Source of the DNA: an uncultured bacterium
Lineage (GTDB): Bacteria; Oederibacteriota; PGYV01; CAWJRG01
NCBI GenBank assembly: GCA_963845185.1
Contig: CAWJRG010000001.1
Coordinates: 128,001 to 192,000 of the forward strand
Direction of reading: 5' to 3'
DNA: 64,000 nucleotides
Shown: in pieces, positions 43,620-52,764 of the stretch
Layout of the letters: every line of letters begins with the position of its first letter
Position numbering within the stretch: the first letter of the stretch is position 1
Notes under the pieces: generated by a model
Database searches by the model: none
What the model saw: the letters and a program-made list of their open reading frames with translations, nothing else
Told to the model about the DNA's origin: nothing
Program-made: the position numbers and the translations under genes

Positions 43620-45875
43620 TCACGGGCTTCCCCGTGATATTTCAATCATTGAGGAAATCCTTTTTTCCGGCTCTGTTAGACTCTGGCTATGGGCTGCACG
43701 GTCAAAATATTTTTCACTGTCAACCATGGCAAACAATTCCTTGTCGTCCAGCAGATAAGGTATGCTGGTGACCTGCACAGTAAAGCATACCGAAGTAGAA
43801 GAATTTGCCGGCACGCTTACGCCCGTCCACCATACAACGACATTTGGCCCGTATGTCGTTGTCGAACACCCGCCTGTGCAGCTGACGAAAGTCATAACCG
43901 ATGGTATGGTGTCCCACAAATTGACCGAGGCTGCGGAACTGGCGTTGTTATAAGGCTGCAGGCAGTATTGCACCTGGCCTCCCAGAGGGACTTGCTGTAA
44001 GCTTTCGGTTTTTGTAAGTGTTATCTGCAGGGCCGGCGTGGATGTATATGTCGACGTTGCAGTATAGGTATAAGTTGGTGTTATAGTGTATGTCTTTGTA
44101 GGCGTAAATGTGGGTGTATATGTCGGTGACTGCCCTACAGTGGGTGAAATAGTAAATGTCGGCGTCCATGTCGGCGACTTGCATGTGTCCGCCATGTTTA
44201 CCGTGGATACAGGCGATGCCGCCTGCCCGGGGTAGGACAGCGAAGCGTTATTGTTCCAGTTGCAGGTGCTGTATGCCGAATTGTTGCTTAAATACATTTG
44301 CCATGTAAAGCATCCTGTAAATCCCGCTGCTGTCGGCACAAGTATGAACGTCGCTATGTAAGCGCTTGAGGAACCGGACAGGGATGCCAGACCGGGCCCT
44401 GGATTGCCGGTATAATACGGCCCTTGATATTGCCACCCGTCGCCTGCGTCGCTCGAGTAGTCGTCAATAACCGTGATATCCTGAGTCGCAGCTCCGCTGT
44501 TATTGCATATCGAAAGGGTAAAAGTCAGATTGGTATTTGTGGAACTAATTGTTGTTATGTTGGATGTTTTTACAAGAGTAAATACCGGCGTGGGCGTGAT
44601 TGTGAATGTCTTCGTCGCTGTCGGTGTTGCTGTATATGTCGGGCTGTTTGTCGGAGTGAAAGTTTTTGACGGGCAGAAATTCGTCACAGGCACGCCGCTG
44701 CTTGCATTACCGACCTGCCATGTTAGCGTCACGCTGTTGTACCAGTTCTCGCAGTAAACAATGTTCCATGACTCGGCCAGCCATGTAAAATCGTAGCAGG
44801 GCGTTGTGCAGCCCGTGCATGTAACTCCGGGAAATCCTTCCTCAAAAATAAGATATGGGTTAAGGTTGTTCGCTAAGGCGTTGGATGAAATGTCTCCGTA
44901 ATAAAATCCCCCGACGAAACCTGCACTGTTGGCGCCATAAGGCCCTTGGTACTGGTAGCCGCTGCCGCCACTGCCGACGGGTTGGTCTGTCCACTGGTCA
45001 TTTGTCCAGACTGTTTGAGTAGTGCCGCCGCCTGTGTTGCATATATGAAAAGCAAAACTTACAATTTCATTGTTGCCTCCTAAAAAAGTATTGCTCACAA
45101 GAGTTTTTGATATTGTCATGGCCGGTGGCTTGGGCGTGGGCTCTTCATTTAAGGTAAAACCCTGCCTGTAAAATACCTGCTGGCAGCCGGTCGCTATGCT
45201 TCCAAAACCCAAAGGAGGCAGCGGGCTGTGGAACTCAAAAGAACTGATTTTCTGGCCGTATTCCGTGCCGTTATAGACTATGGTTGAAGCAGACGCCCAT
45301 GTGCCGTTTTCATTGTATAGCGGGTTATACCATGTGAGTCCGCCTTCAGTTGGGCCCAAGTCACATGATACTGCGGTGCCCACTGGTGTTGCTGTCGGGT
45401 TACAGCATACATTGGTGTCCTCTGAATAATCAACCCCGTTGCCGCTGTCGCTGTCCACATAACTGTGCCCCCCGTCTGTACAAGTTATATCCATCGACCA
45501 TGTTGCCCACATTTCGCAGCATTCTGTGTTCTGGTCATGCACTGCAATGACATTTGTAAATGGTGCCAGCGCCAACGAATTAAGCTGTGCAGTGTTAAGT
45601 TGCATGCATTTGGGAGCTACCTGGCCTGTCAAACTTACATCCACGTATCCAAAAGTCGCGAGATATATCCCGTTGATGTAAACGTCGGCTATGTCGTCAA
45701 CAGCTGCGCAAAGCACTGCGGCTTGAGGCGTGCAAACAGTTGCAGCATGTAGGCTGAAATTAAATAAAACAAAAAATAAAAACACACATAAAATTATTTT
45801 TAGTTTCCCGTCAATTCCCCGTTTGGCATTAAACGACAATTTTGAATCCCTGTTCTTGATTTTTTCAGGGCTCAT
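43620..45875 (-). CDS. 751-aa secreted Cys-rich protein; paralog of the head of 17940..28351 with a short Thr-Pro linker and DUF11-like domain, lacking the T9SS-like tail
   Basis: Extended signal peptide ending [16 protein letters not shown] jelly-roll-like motif; [14 protein letters not shown] shared with the paralog; LTKTES..VQYCL..WDTIPSVMTFVSC. Confidence 0.85.
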   Translation of the reverse strand: MSPEKIKNRDSKLSFNAKRGIDGKLKIILCVFLFFVLFNFSLHAATVCTPQAAVLCAAVDDIADVYINGIYLATFGYVDVSLTGQVAPKCMQLNTAQLNSLALAPFTNVIAVHDQNTECCEMWATWSMDITCTDGGHSYVDSDSGNGVDYSEDTNVCCNPTATPVGTAVSCDLGPTEGGLTWYNPLYNENGTWASASTIVYNGTEYGQKISSFEFHSPLPPLGFGSIATGCQQVFYRQGFTLNEEPTPKPPAMTISKTLVSNTFLGGNNEIVSFAFHICNTGGGTTQTVWTNDQWTDQPVGSGGSGYQYQGPYGANSAGFVGGFYYGDISSNALANNLNPYLIFEEGFPGVTCTGCTTPCYDFTWLAESWNIVYCENWYNSVTLTWQVGNASSGVPVTNFCPSKTFTPTNSPTYTATPTATKTFTITPTPVFTLVKTSNITTISSTNTNLTFTLSICNNSGAATQDITVIDDYSSDAGDGWQYQGPYYTGNPGPGLASLSGSSSAYIATFILVPTAAGFTGCFTWQMYLSNNSAYSTCNWNNNASLSYPGQAASPVSTVNMADTCKSPTWTPTFTISPTVGQSPTYTPTFTPTKTYTITPTYTYTATSTYTSTPALQITLTKTESLQQVPLGGQVQYCLQPYNNASSAASVNLWDTIPSVMTFVSCTGGCSTTTYGPNVVVWWTGVSVPANSSTSVCFTVQVTSIPYLLDDKELFAMVDSEKYFDRAAHSQSLTEPEKRISSMIEISRGSP

Positions 45876-45939
45876 TGCTCATGCCTCCATAATTATAAAA
45901 TTGATATTTTCCTTTTACCTCTAATTCTCTTCCACAATA

Positions 45940-45968
45940 AGTATAATTAAATTTTACTATTTTGTCAA
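45940..45968 (-). promoter_or_regulatory. sigma70 promoter (TTGACA-17-TATACT)
   Basis: Near-perfect consensus ~65 nt upstream of the ATG at 45875. Confidence 0.75.
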
Positions 45969-46458
45969 GAAAATAGTTAATAATTTTTTCAATTGTTGAA
46001 ATGGATGTTCCATTCTTTATATATTGATTAATTCTACTATATACTAGCATTATTCCGCTTTTTATGTATTTTAGTCTTTGATTTTTTTTCATTGTTAATA
46101 ACCTCCTTTCATTTTTAACTACTCAAAACATACTTTACATTATATTTGACAATATAAATGCCAAAAAGTTCCGGTATTTTTACGGTTTTTTTTATAATAT
46201 CAACATATTACTTAACCAATAGCCTTATAATCACATCATACTGTCTGCAAATATATCACTAAATTATCTTTCGCTAAGATATTTTTCGTAATTTTTTAAT
46301 TGTAATTTTATCTTAATGATTATAACAAAATGGTTATTTGAAAACTGTATTTAGCAGGTTATAAAAAAATGGGGTTATTGAATATCAAGGCTGCAATGAA
46401 ACATTGAATAAGCAGCAACGGTAAAATAATCGATATGTATCTTTTCAATTTTTCATCC

Positions 46459-47025
46459 TCAATACTGTAAGCAATATTCTTTTTCCTTTTTTAAGCTGAA
46501 AATACAAATTATAAGCAGCATTAAAAATATCCTTGCCTGCAGGTTCATTACGCGCTCAAAAAAGAGAAAATCAAAAGAAAGCGCAAAAAATACAAACGTG
46601 AAAAACGAAAATAATATGCTTTTTTCTCTGTTTATTAAATACCTGTAAAAATTCGCTGAACACAAAAAAAGTATGATGAAACTCACCGGCATGAAAAGTA
46701 CGTTAAATTCCTTAAAACCCGTTATAAAAAAGGTAAAAAACGCCAGCATGGATGTGGTTTCGTAAATTAAAAGGTTCGAATTTACACTGCCATAAAGAAA
46801 GTTAAAAGCCGCTGCAAAAAAAACATACATGGCAAAAATTGAATAATTATCAAGTATTAATGCGTGCTTTAGAATTAAAAAAATGCAATTTAAAACCAAA
46901 ACTGTTGTGAGAAAAATAATTTCACTCAGTTTGGGTTTTTTCGCCAATTTAATTTTGCGTATGGCATCAAAATTAATAATGCAAAAAAACACTGTCATTG
47001 ATAAAATTATTATGCCTTCCGCCAT
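46459..47025 (-). CDS. Polytopic membrane protein, possibly a very degenerate NuoH-like subunit
   Basis: About 6 TM segments; LLIYETTSML and MPVSFIILFLCSANFYR faintly recall the NuoH ISYE and P..F.IF.I..LAE.NR segments; operon context. Confidence 0.45.
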   Translation of the reverse strand: MAEGIIILSMTVFFCIINFDAIRKIKLAKKPKLSEIIFLTTVLVLNCIFLILKHALILDNYSIFAMYVFFAAAFNFLYGSVNSNLLIYETTSMLAFFTFFITGFKEFNVLFMPVSFIILFLCSANFYRYLINREKSILFSFFTFVFFALSFDFLFFERVMNLQARIFLMLLIICIFSLKKEKEYCLQY

Positions 47026-47184
47026 TTATTTATCCTTCCCGAAAATATTGATAAACATCACAAGGTTTACGATAAAAACTCCCGAGATAATAAAAGAACT
47101 TAAAGATGCAGGCATAAAAATAAAAATGCCTGTTGCAACAGCGGTTATCAGCATGATATATAAAAGCATTATTTTGTTTTTCAA
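47026..47184 (-). CDS. 52-aa two-helix membrane protein (below the ORF-track cut-off), NuoA-sized or smaller
   Basis: TTG overlaps the upstream TGA (TTGA); MKNKIMLLYIMLITAVATGIFIFMPASLSSFIISGVFIVNLVMFINIFGKDK; its TAA abuts the next ATG. Confidence 0.6.
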   Translation of the reverse strand: MKNKIMLLYIMLITAVATGIFIFMPASLSSFIISGVFIVNLVMFINIFGKDK

Positions 47185-48461
47185 ATCATCACCTGCGCCG
47201 CAAGCGCCGCTATAAGCGCTGCGAATAAGACAATTTTTACAATTATCCTGCTGTTTAAGGAATTTTTTATCATCCGCGCATCTGTCCTTTTCATCATGGA
47301 AAGCAGTATGAATATCTTGTTCAGCATATTTATCGCGTAAACCGCCCCTCCAAAAAGTGTTATTGCGGAAATAAAAGAATTCGCCTTAAATTTCAGGTAA
47401 AACATGGTGAATATATAGATTTCAATGGCCAGCATGCTCGTCATATTTACTATAAGCCAGGCACTATTTTTTATTTTTTTGAAATTATACCTCACGTCTG
47501 ATACTTTATATCCGCTTGCCTGGTTATTTGGCTCGTCAAAAAAATCGGAGAGTATGATGCCCTGTATTAAAATAAGCGCCACCACTGCAATGATTCCTCC
47601 GGCTGCAGGCTTTAGGGCCACTGCAAAAGCAACCACGAGCAGGAACGCGCTTGCCATATCACCGGCGGCAAACGCAGAATATTTCTCCTCGGTTATTGTA
47701 TTGAAAGCCGATAAGCACAAAAATACCAGAATAATGGGAATGAGCGCCTCAATTATAACAAATCCGCCGTATAACGATACTATTCTGTAAATAATCACAG
47801 CTTCCGCTGCAGAGCATAAGGCCGTAAAGCCGTTGAAAGTTTTTTTCTCACTTGTCAATAACACCATGTTTGCCGGCGTGGAAAAAAAAACGAGGAATAT
47901 AATTATCGCCGTCAATGACATCTTTGCGTATTTTGTGTTTTCCCGCAAAGCGATAAAAACCCCCGCAAAAAAAAGTATTCCCAAAAAATAGAAATATTTA
48001 TTTCTTGTCAAAACAGAAGTATTTTGGTTTTTATTGCCTGCCATGTTAAGAAAGCAGACAAAATCAAACGTAATAAAAGCTCCGGCTAAAATTATGATAT
48101 TACCGTAAATAACCGCGGCGGATAAAGCAAAAAGCATTATATAAATCCCCCCTGCATTCTCGTTCTCCACATGTTTCTTGCCGGCAGCCAGCATGACAAA
48201 CGCGGTTATTATTATAAATACGCCCACCATGCTTTTATCAACCTGGCTCCACAATATAATTTCTTTTGGGCGTGATATAAAAAGATATAAAAAAATACTG
48301 GATAAAAGCACTGTGAATATGGCAATGAAAAAAATGGCTGTTTTCGCATTTTTGTTTTGAGGCCTGCCGCTTACGGAGATAAAAAACGACGTCATAAAAC
48401 CCATTCCTAAAAAAAACTGGCTTGAATAGAGCAGGTATTGCTGGATATCCGGAATAATCAT
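47181..48461 (-). CDS. Degenerate NuoN/MrpD-like antiporter-fold membrane protein
   Basis: About 13-14 TM helices collinear with NuoN landmarks: QVDK (RVDG), GN..L..F (AN.L..LF), S....KYF (SLEASIKY), IIYRIV (VVMRLF), VSDVRYNFKK..AWLIVNMTSMLAI (FSYRGLFWH..AAVMTVMMLSLAGI). Confidence 0.6.
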   Translation of the reverse strand: MIIPDIQQYLLYSSQFFLGMGFMTSFFISVSGRPQNKNAKTAIFFIAIFTVLLSSIFLYLFISRPKEIILWSQVDKSMVGVFIIITAFVMLAAGKKHVENENAGGIYIMLFALSAAVIYGNIIILAGAFITFDFVCFLNMAGNKNQNTSVLTRNKYFYFLGILFFAGVFIALRENTKYAKMSLTAIIIFLVFFSTPANMVLLTSEKKTFNGFTALCSAAEAVIIYRIVSLYGGFVIIEALIPIILVFLCLSAFNTITEEKYSAFAAGDMASAFLLVVAFAVALKPAAGGIIAVVALILIQGIILSDFFDEPNNQASGYKVSDVRYNFKKIKNSAWLIVNMTSMLAIEIYIFTMFYLKFKANSFISAITLFGGAVYAINMLNKIFILLSMMKRTDARMIKNSLNSRIIVKIVLFAALIAALAAQVMI

Positions 48462-48464
48462 GAT

Positions 48465-49691
48465 TTATATAAGACCGTTTGTTTTGACTATTATTATTTT
48501 TTTTGTGTGCTGCGCCGCTATATACAAAGTCTTGCCGTTTGGCGATAAAGTAAGCCATTTGGGGAAATCGTCCTTAAACTGTATTTCAAACACTTTTTCC
48601 CCTTGCTTTATATCCAAAAAAATAATTTTGTCCTTTCCCGGCACGGTCAGAAACAGGTACTTTTTGCTTTTTGCCAGCTCGCCGCTGTAAACGCCTCCGT
48701 CAATAAGTATACTTTTGACCACTGAATATTTGGTTCTGTCTATTATTACTATGTTGCTCTGGTTATTAAAGGCATATTCCCATTCGTGTACTATGGCAAG
48801 ATTTTTACCGCCAATTGGTATTATTGACACAGGAGACGTCCCCACCGGTATGGTGACGAGTACGTTGCGTTCTTTCTCTGTATCAATGAGCTCAATTGTA
48901 TTTGTATACTGGCATGTAACGTAAAGGTATTTTTTGTCCGGGGCAAGATATAAATCAGAAGGCCATTTTCCGGTCTCTATCTTTGCCTCCACCGTCAGCG
49001 AATTTAAATCTATCACAGCCACATTGCTGCTCGTGATATTGGCAGTGTATAATTTTCTTTTTTCAGGATAAATGCTCAAGGCTACTGGCCCGGCTCCCCC
49101 TGATTTAATATCGTGTTTTTGCTTTGTCTCCATATTGTACACCGTAACACTGTCGCTTGCCTTGTTTGCGGTATAAAGAAATTTTCCATCGATTAAAATA
49201 TCATAAACCATGTTGCCCGCCTCGATTTGTCCTTTTTCCGCCTTACTTTTAATGTCAAAAACGTGTACTATATTACCTCTCTCCTCGCTTACAAAAAGAT
49301 CGTCGTTATAGCAAAGAATTTTTGCCGGTATGAAGCTGAGGGTTATTTCCCCGTCAACCTCAGGCAATTTCCTTGCCCCGCATCCTGAAAAAATCAGCGC
49401 AAGTATTAGGAATCCCAGTATTAAGAAATAATCTATTTTGCTCAGAATGACTTCCTGGATTTTGCCGTTAGCCGTGACCGCAGCGATAAAAGTGAAAATC
49501 ATAACTGCTCCCGCGCAAACCCAGAGCAGGAGCGGCGAAATATCGGTTTTTAGCATTAAAAGCGTAATAATCCCGGTTTTCACAAGCACAAGTGCTACAA
49601 ACATTGCCCTGCGGAAATCCCTTCTGTATAAAATCAAATTGGAAAAAATCAGGAATAATACGGCCTGCCATGCAAAAAGTATTTTAATCAT
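48465..49691 (-). CDS. Fusion protein: N-terminal NuoK-like 3-TM segment, internal lipobox-like IFSGC, then a YVTN/YncE beta-propeller
   Basis: AVLFLIFSNLILYRRDFRRAM resembles NuoK AILF..GL...RRN; repeats LYTANKASDSVTVYN, LYTANITSSNVAVID, G..P..L.L.PD.KYLYV are YVTN-type. Confidence 0.7.
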   Translation of the reverse strand: MIKILFAWQAVLFLIFSNLILYRRDFRRAMFVALVLVKTGIITLLMLKTDISPLLLWVCAGAVMIFTFIAAVTANGKIQEVILSKIDYFLILGFLILALIFSGCGARKLPEVDGEITLSFIPAKILCYNDDLFVSEERGNIVHVFDIKSKAEKGQIEAGNMVYDILIDGKFLYTANKASDSVTVYNMETKQKHDIKSGGAGPVALSIYPEKRKLYTANITSSNVAVIDLNSLTVEAKIETGKWPSDLYLAPDKKYLYVTCQYTNTIELIDTEKERNVLVTIPVGTSPVSIIPIGGKNLAIVHEWEYAFNNQSNIVIIDRTKYSVVKSILIDGGVYSGELAKSKKYLFLTVPGKDKIIFLDIKQGEKVFEIQFKDDFPKWLTLSPNGKTLYIAAQHTKKIIIVKTNGLI

Positions 49692-50130
49692 TTTTATCCG
49701 GCTCCCGGTTTTTTATGAAAAAATACCCTGCGTATGAAAATAGCAAAAGCAAAAATGCAATTATGATGATTTCTTCAAAACTTGCGGATTTGCCGGTTTG
49801 GGGTAATGCTGGCGTTTTAATTATGAATACCACGCTCAACACAACAATAGCAAAGTTAAGTATGTATATAAAAATCTCCTGTAGCCAATTTGTTTTTTTG
49901 AGTTTTGTTTCGGCATCCGCGCCAGGTTTGATGAAATATATTATCGCGTTTAAAACAAGGGCTGCGACAAGAAAAACGAATGCCTGCCGTACGTCCGCTA
50001 TTTTTGATTTAAGGGAAATAAAAATCAGAAAATCAACAATGCTTAAAACAAAAAGTTTTAAGTTGTTGTCGCGTATGAAGATTGCCGCCGGATAACCCGC
50101 GATTCCGAGTGCAATAATAATGTCCGCCAT
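49684..50130 (-). CDS. Membrane protein, degenerate NuoJ-like (start revised to 50130)
   Basis: 148 aa, 5 TM helices; C-terminal SFEEIIIIAFLLLLFSYAGYFFIKNRE resembles NuoJ PFE..SvLLLva..GA..l.rr; the upstream ATG overlaps secF. Confidence 0.55.
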   Translation of the reverse strand: MADIIIALGIAGYPAAIFIRDNNLKLFVLSIVDFLIFISLKSKIADVRQAFVFLVAALVLNAIIYFIKPGADAETKLKKTNWLQEIFIYILNFAIVVLSVVFIIKTPALPQTGKSASFEEIIIIAFLLLLFSYAGYFFIKNREPDKND

Positions 50131-50170
50131 TGTCAGCTTCCCCGTGTTTAATATGTTGATTGCGTACAAG

Positions 50171-51094
50171 TTATTGTTTATGCTTTTGTTTTTCTTCCCA
50201 TTGTTCCCAATCGACAATCAGGGGGCTTGCCAGAAAATCAGAGGAATAAGTTCCAACCACAACTCCAATGACAAGGGCAAGCGAGAAAGTGTGAAGGACG
50301 TTTCCGCCGAACAAAAAAAGCGAAGTGGCAACGCTGAAAGTGGTGAATGAAGTTATGATGGTCCTGGACAGGACTTCGTTTATGCTTATATTTACAAGAT
50401 CGAAAAAAGTCGTTTTCAAAATATGCCTCATGTTTTCCCTTATCCTGTCAAAAACAACAACGGTGTCGGTTAAGGAGTACCCTGCTATGGTGAGCAGTGC
50501 TGTTATCACTAGTAGGTCTATTTCTTTATTAAAAATGACCATAAATCCCAGCACTACAAGCACGTCATGAAGCGTCGCAATGGTGGCAGCCACGGCAAAC
50601 TTAAACTGAAACCTAATCCATATATAAACAAGTATCCCTATCAGCGCCCAGAAAACCGCCAGCAGGGCTTTTTGCTTTAACTGTACGCTTACCATGGGCC
50701 CTATTTCATTCTCTTCCAGAACTGTCATTGCTTCATCGCCTGTTTCTTTCTTAAGCATAGCCGTCAATTTGCCCGACGCGTTCTCTTCCTTTAAATCCCT
50801 TGAGCCTACCCTTATCAGGAATATTTTGTCCGTATCCGCGCCGATCTTTTGTATTACAGACTCCTGAAAATTATTTTTCAGCATTATGTTTCTTATGTCG
50901 TCGACTTTTATAGGTTTAACGAATTTAATCTGTATCGTGGTTCCACCTGTAAAATCCAGCCCCATGGCGGCTTTTCCCGTCGCAATTTTAACAACCGACC
51001 ACAGGCCATTGAGCACAAGTAAAGCCGAAAGTACGTATGTAATTTTTCTCGCACCTATGAAATTAATTTTCGTGTTCTTGATTATCTCTAGCAT
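50171..51094 (-). CDS. secF: Protein translocase subunit SecF
   Basis: GLDFTGG, HDV, LTIAGYSLTDTVVVFDRIREN, LSRTIITS, GTYSS; ATG 51094 follows AGGAGG. Confidence 0.97.
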   Translation of the reverse strand: MLEIIKNTKINFIGARKITYVLSALLVLNGLWSVVKIATGKAAMGLDFTGGTTIQIKFVKPIKVDDIRNIMLKNNFQESVIQKIGADTDKIFLIRVGSRDLKEENASGKLTAMLKKETGDEAMTVLEENEIGPMVSVQLKQKALLAVFWALIGILVYIWIRFQFKFAVAATIATLHDVLVVLGFMVIFNKEIDLLVITALLTIAGYSLTDTVVVFDRIRENMRHILKTTFFDLVNISINEVLSRTIITSFTTFSVATSLFLFGGNVLHTFSLALVIGVVVGTYSSDFLASPLIVDWEQWEEKQKHKQ

Positions 51095-51162
51095 CTTTTC
51101 CTCCTGATAATAATTTTCTTTTATTTTACTTTTAAACAAATACCATACTCTAATCTATGATT

Positions 51163-52506
51163 TTATATGCTTAATTTGTTGTATTGTTTCCTTATATCGA
51201 ATATTGTCTGGGTTATAAAATATGCCGTGAACAGGCTTATGACAAGGCCCCAGAATAAAGTTACCGCGAACCCTCTTATCGGGCCCGTGCCGAACTGGAA
51301 AAGTATTGCCGCGGTAATAAGTGAGGTTACATGCGAGTCTATAATTGTCCATAAAGCCCTTTTGTATCCGGCGTCTATCGCAGCCCTTATGGTTTTTCCC
51401 GTCCTTAGTTCCTCCCTTATCCTTTCCAGAATAAGTACGTTGGCGTCAACTGCCATACCAAGGGTTAGTGTCAGTCCCGCTATGCCCGGCAATGTCAGTG
51501 TCGCATTTAAGGCAGACATGATTCCCAGGACAAACAGCAGGTTAAAAATAAGCGCAATATCGGCGATAAATCCTGAAAATCTGTAATAAAATACCATAAA
51601 AATCACGACAAGCAGCGCGCCTATCATTATTGACTTTTGGCCTGCTTTTATTGCGTCAGCACCGAGCGACGGCCCTATTATATATTTATTTATAATTTTA
51701 ACAGGCGCCGGAAGCGCACCGGCCCTCAGCACTAGCGCCAGGTCTTTTGACTCATCAAGTGTGAACGAGCCTTCTATTATTCCCGACCCGCCGCCTATCC
51801 TTGTTTTAATTACAGGCGCGGAATAAACTTTATCGTCAAGTATTATTGCGAGGCGCTTTCCCACATTGTCGCCTGTTATTTCTCCGAATTTTCTTCCGCC
51901 TTCAGGCGATAGTTTAAATGCTACCACCGGCCCGCCATATTGCCCCATTTCAACCTTCGCGTCTATCAGTTCAGCCCCGGTTAAAATAGTGTTCTTGTCG
52001 ATCACCATCCTGTCGCCTTCTTCTTTTCCTTCAAGCACTTCGACTTCCGGAGGTATTTTATCAGCCACTGTATTTCCCGCTGCATCAAGCATGTCCGTAA
52101 TTTTATATCGCTCATTGACAAGCTTAAACTGCAATTGCGCTGTTTTCCCTATTATATCAAGCGCGCGTTCTGGATTTTTTATCCCGGGTAACTGTACGAC
52201 AATAAACTGTTCGCCTTCCCTTTGTATTAAAGGTTCGGCAACTCCGAGCGCGTCAATCCTGTTTCTTAATATTTCAAGCGCCCTTGAAACAGCTTCCTCA
52301 AGTTTTATGTTAGGCGGCAGTTTGTCGGAGTCAATGGCTAGCTTTAGATACATGCCGCCCTGCAAATCAAGGCCGAGTTTTATCTTGCCCTTTTCTATTA
52401 TGTTGCCGTCTGTATCCTTTATGTCAAAAGGCGGATAAAGTTTCCAGACAGAAAGCACAAGCATGACAAGTGTTACAAACGCTATTATCTGCTGTTTTCT
52501 ATACAT
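51163..52506 (-). CDS. secD: Protein translocase subunit SecD
   Basis: KLGLDLQGG, RIDALGVAEP, LRAGALPAP, GPSLG, LTLPGIAG..GMAVDANVLILERIREE. Confidence 0.98.
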   Translation of the reverse strand: MYRKQQIIAFVTLVMLVLSVWKLYPPFDIKDTDGNIIEKGKIKLGLDLQGGMYLKLAIDSDKLPPNIKLEEAVSRALEILRNRIDALGVAEPLIQREGEQFIVVQLPGIKNPERALDIIGKTAQLQFKLVNERYKITDMLDAAGNTVADKIPPEVEVLEGKEEGDRMVIDKNTILTGAELIDAKVEMGQYGGPVVAFKLSPEGGRKFGEITGDNVGKRLAIILDDKVYSAPVIKTRIGGGSGIIEGSFTLDESKDLALVLRAGALPAPVKIINKYIIGPSLGADAIKAGQKSIMIGALLVVIFMVFYYRFSGFIADIALIFNLLFVLGIMSALNATLTLPGIAGLTLTLGMAVDANVLILERIREELRTGKTIRAAIDAGYKRALWTIIDSHVTSLITAAILFQFGTGPIRGFAVTLFWGLVISLFTAYFITQTIFDIRKQYNKLSI

Positions 52507-52764
52507 TAAATTTCCTCCGTATTTGTTTGTTATTAATAGATTTATTTAACGAATGCGTTAATAATAGCATATTACAAGGTTATTTGACAACAGGAATTTT
52601 ATAAGGAAATAGTTGGGGTATCTGTTATTCAAATATATTATTTAGAATGTTTAATAAACTTTTTCTTGTAAATATCGATACTTTTAATGTATACTATTTC
52701 AACTTATTTATTACCTGGCATTTTTGTAAGTGGCCGGATAAATCCTGTAATGGAGGTTTCTGAA

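Noticed and set aside
45865..46092. 75-aa ORF with a good SD upstream of the Cys-rich gene
   Set aside because: Not called as a CDS: it is AT-rich, contains the downstream gene's sigma70 promoter, and is not open in the paralogous region near 28380-28560
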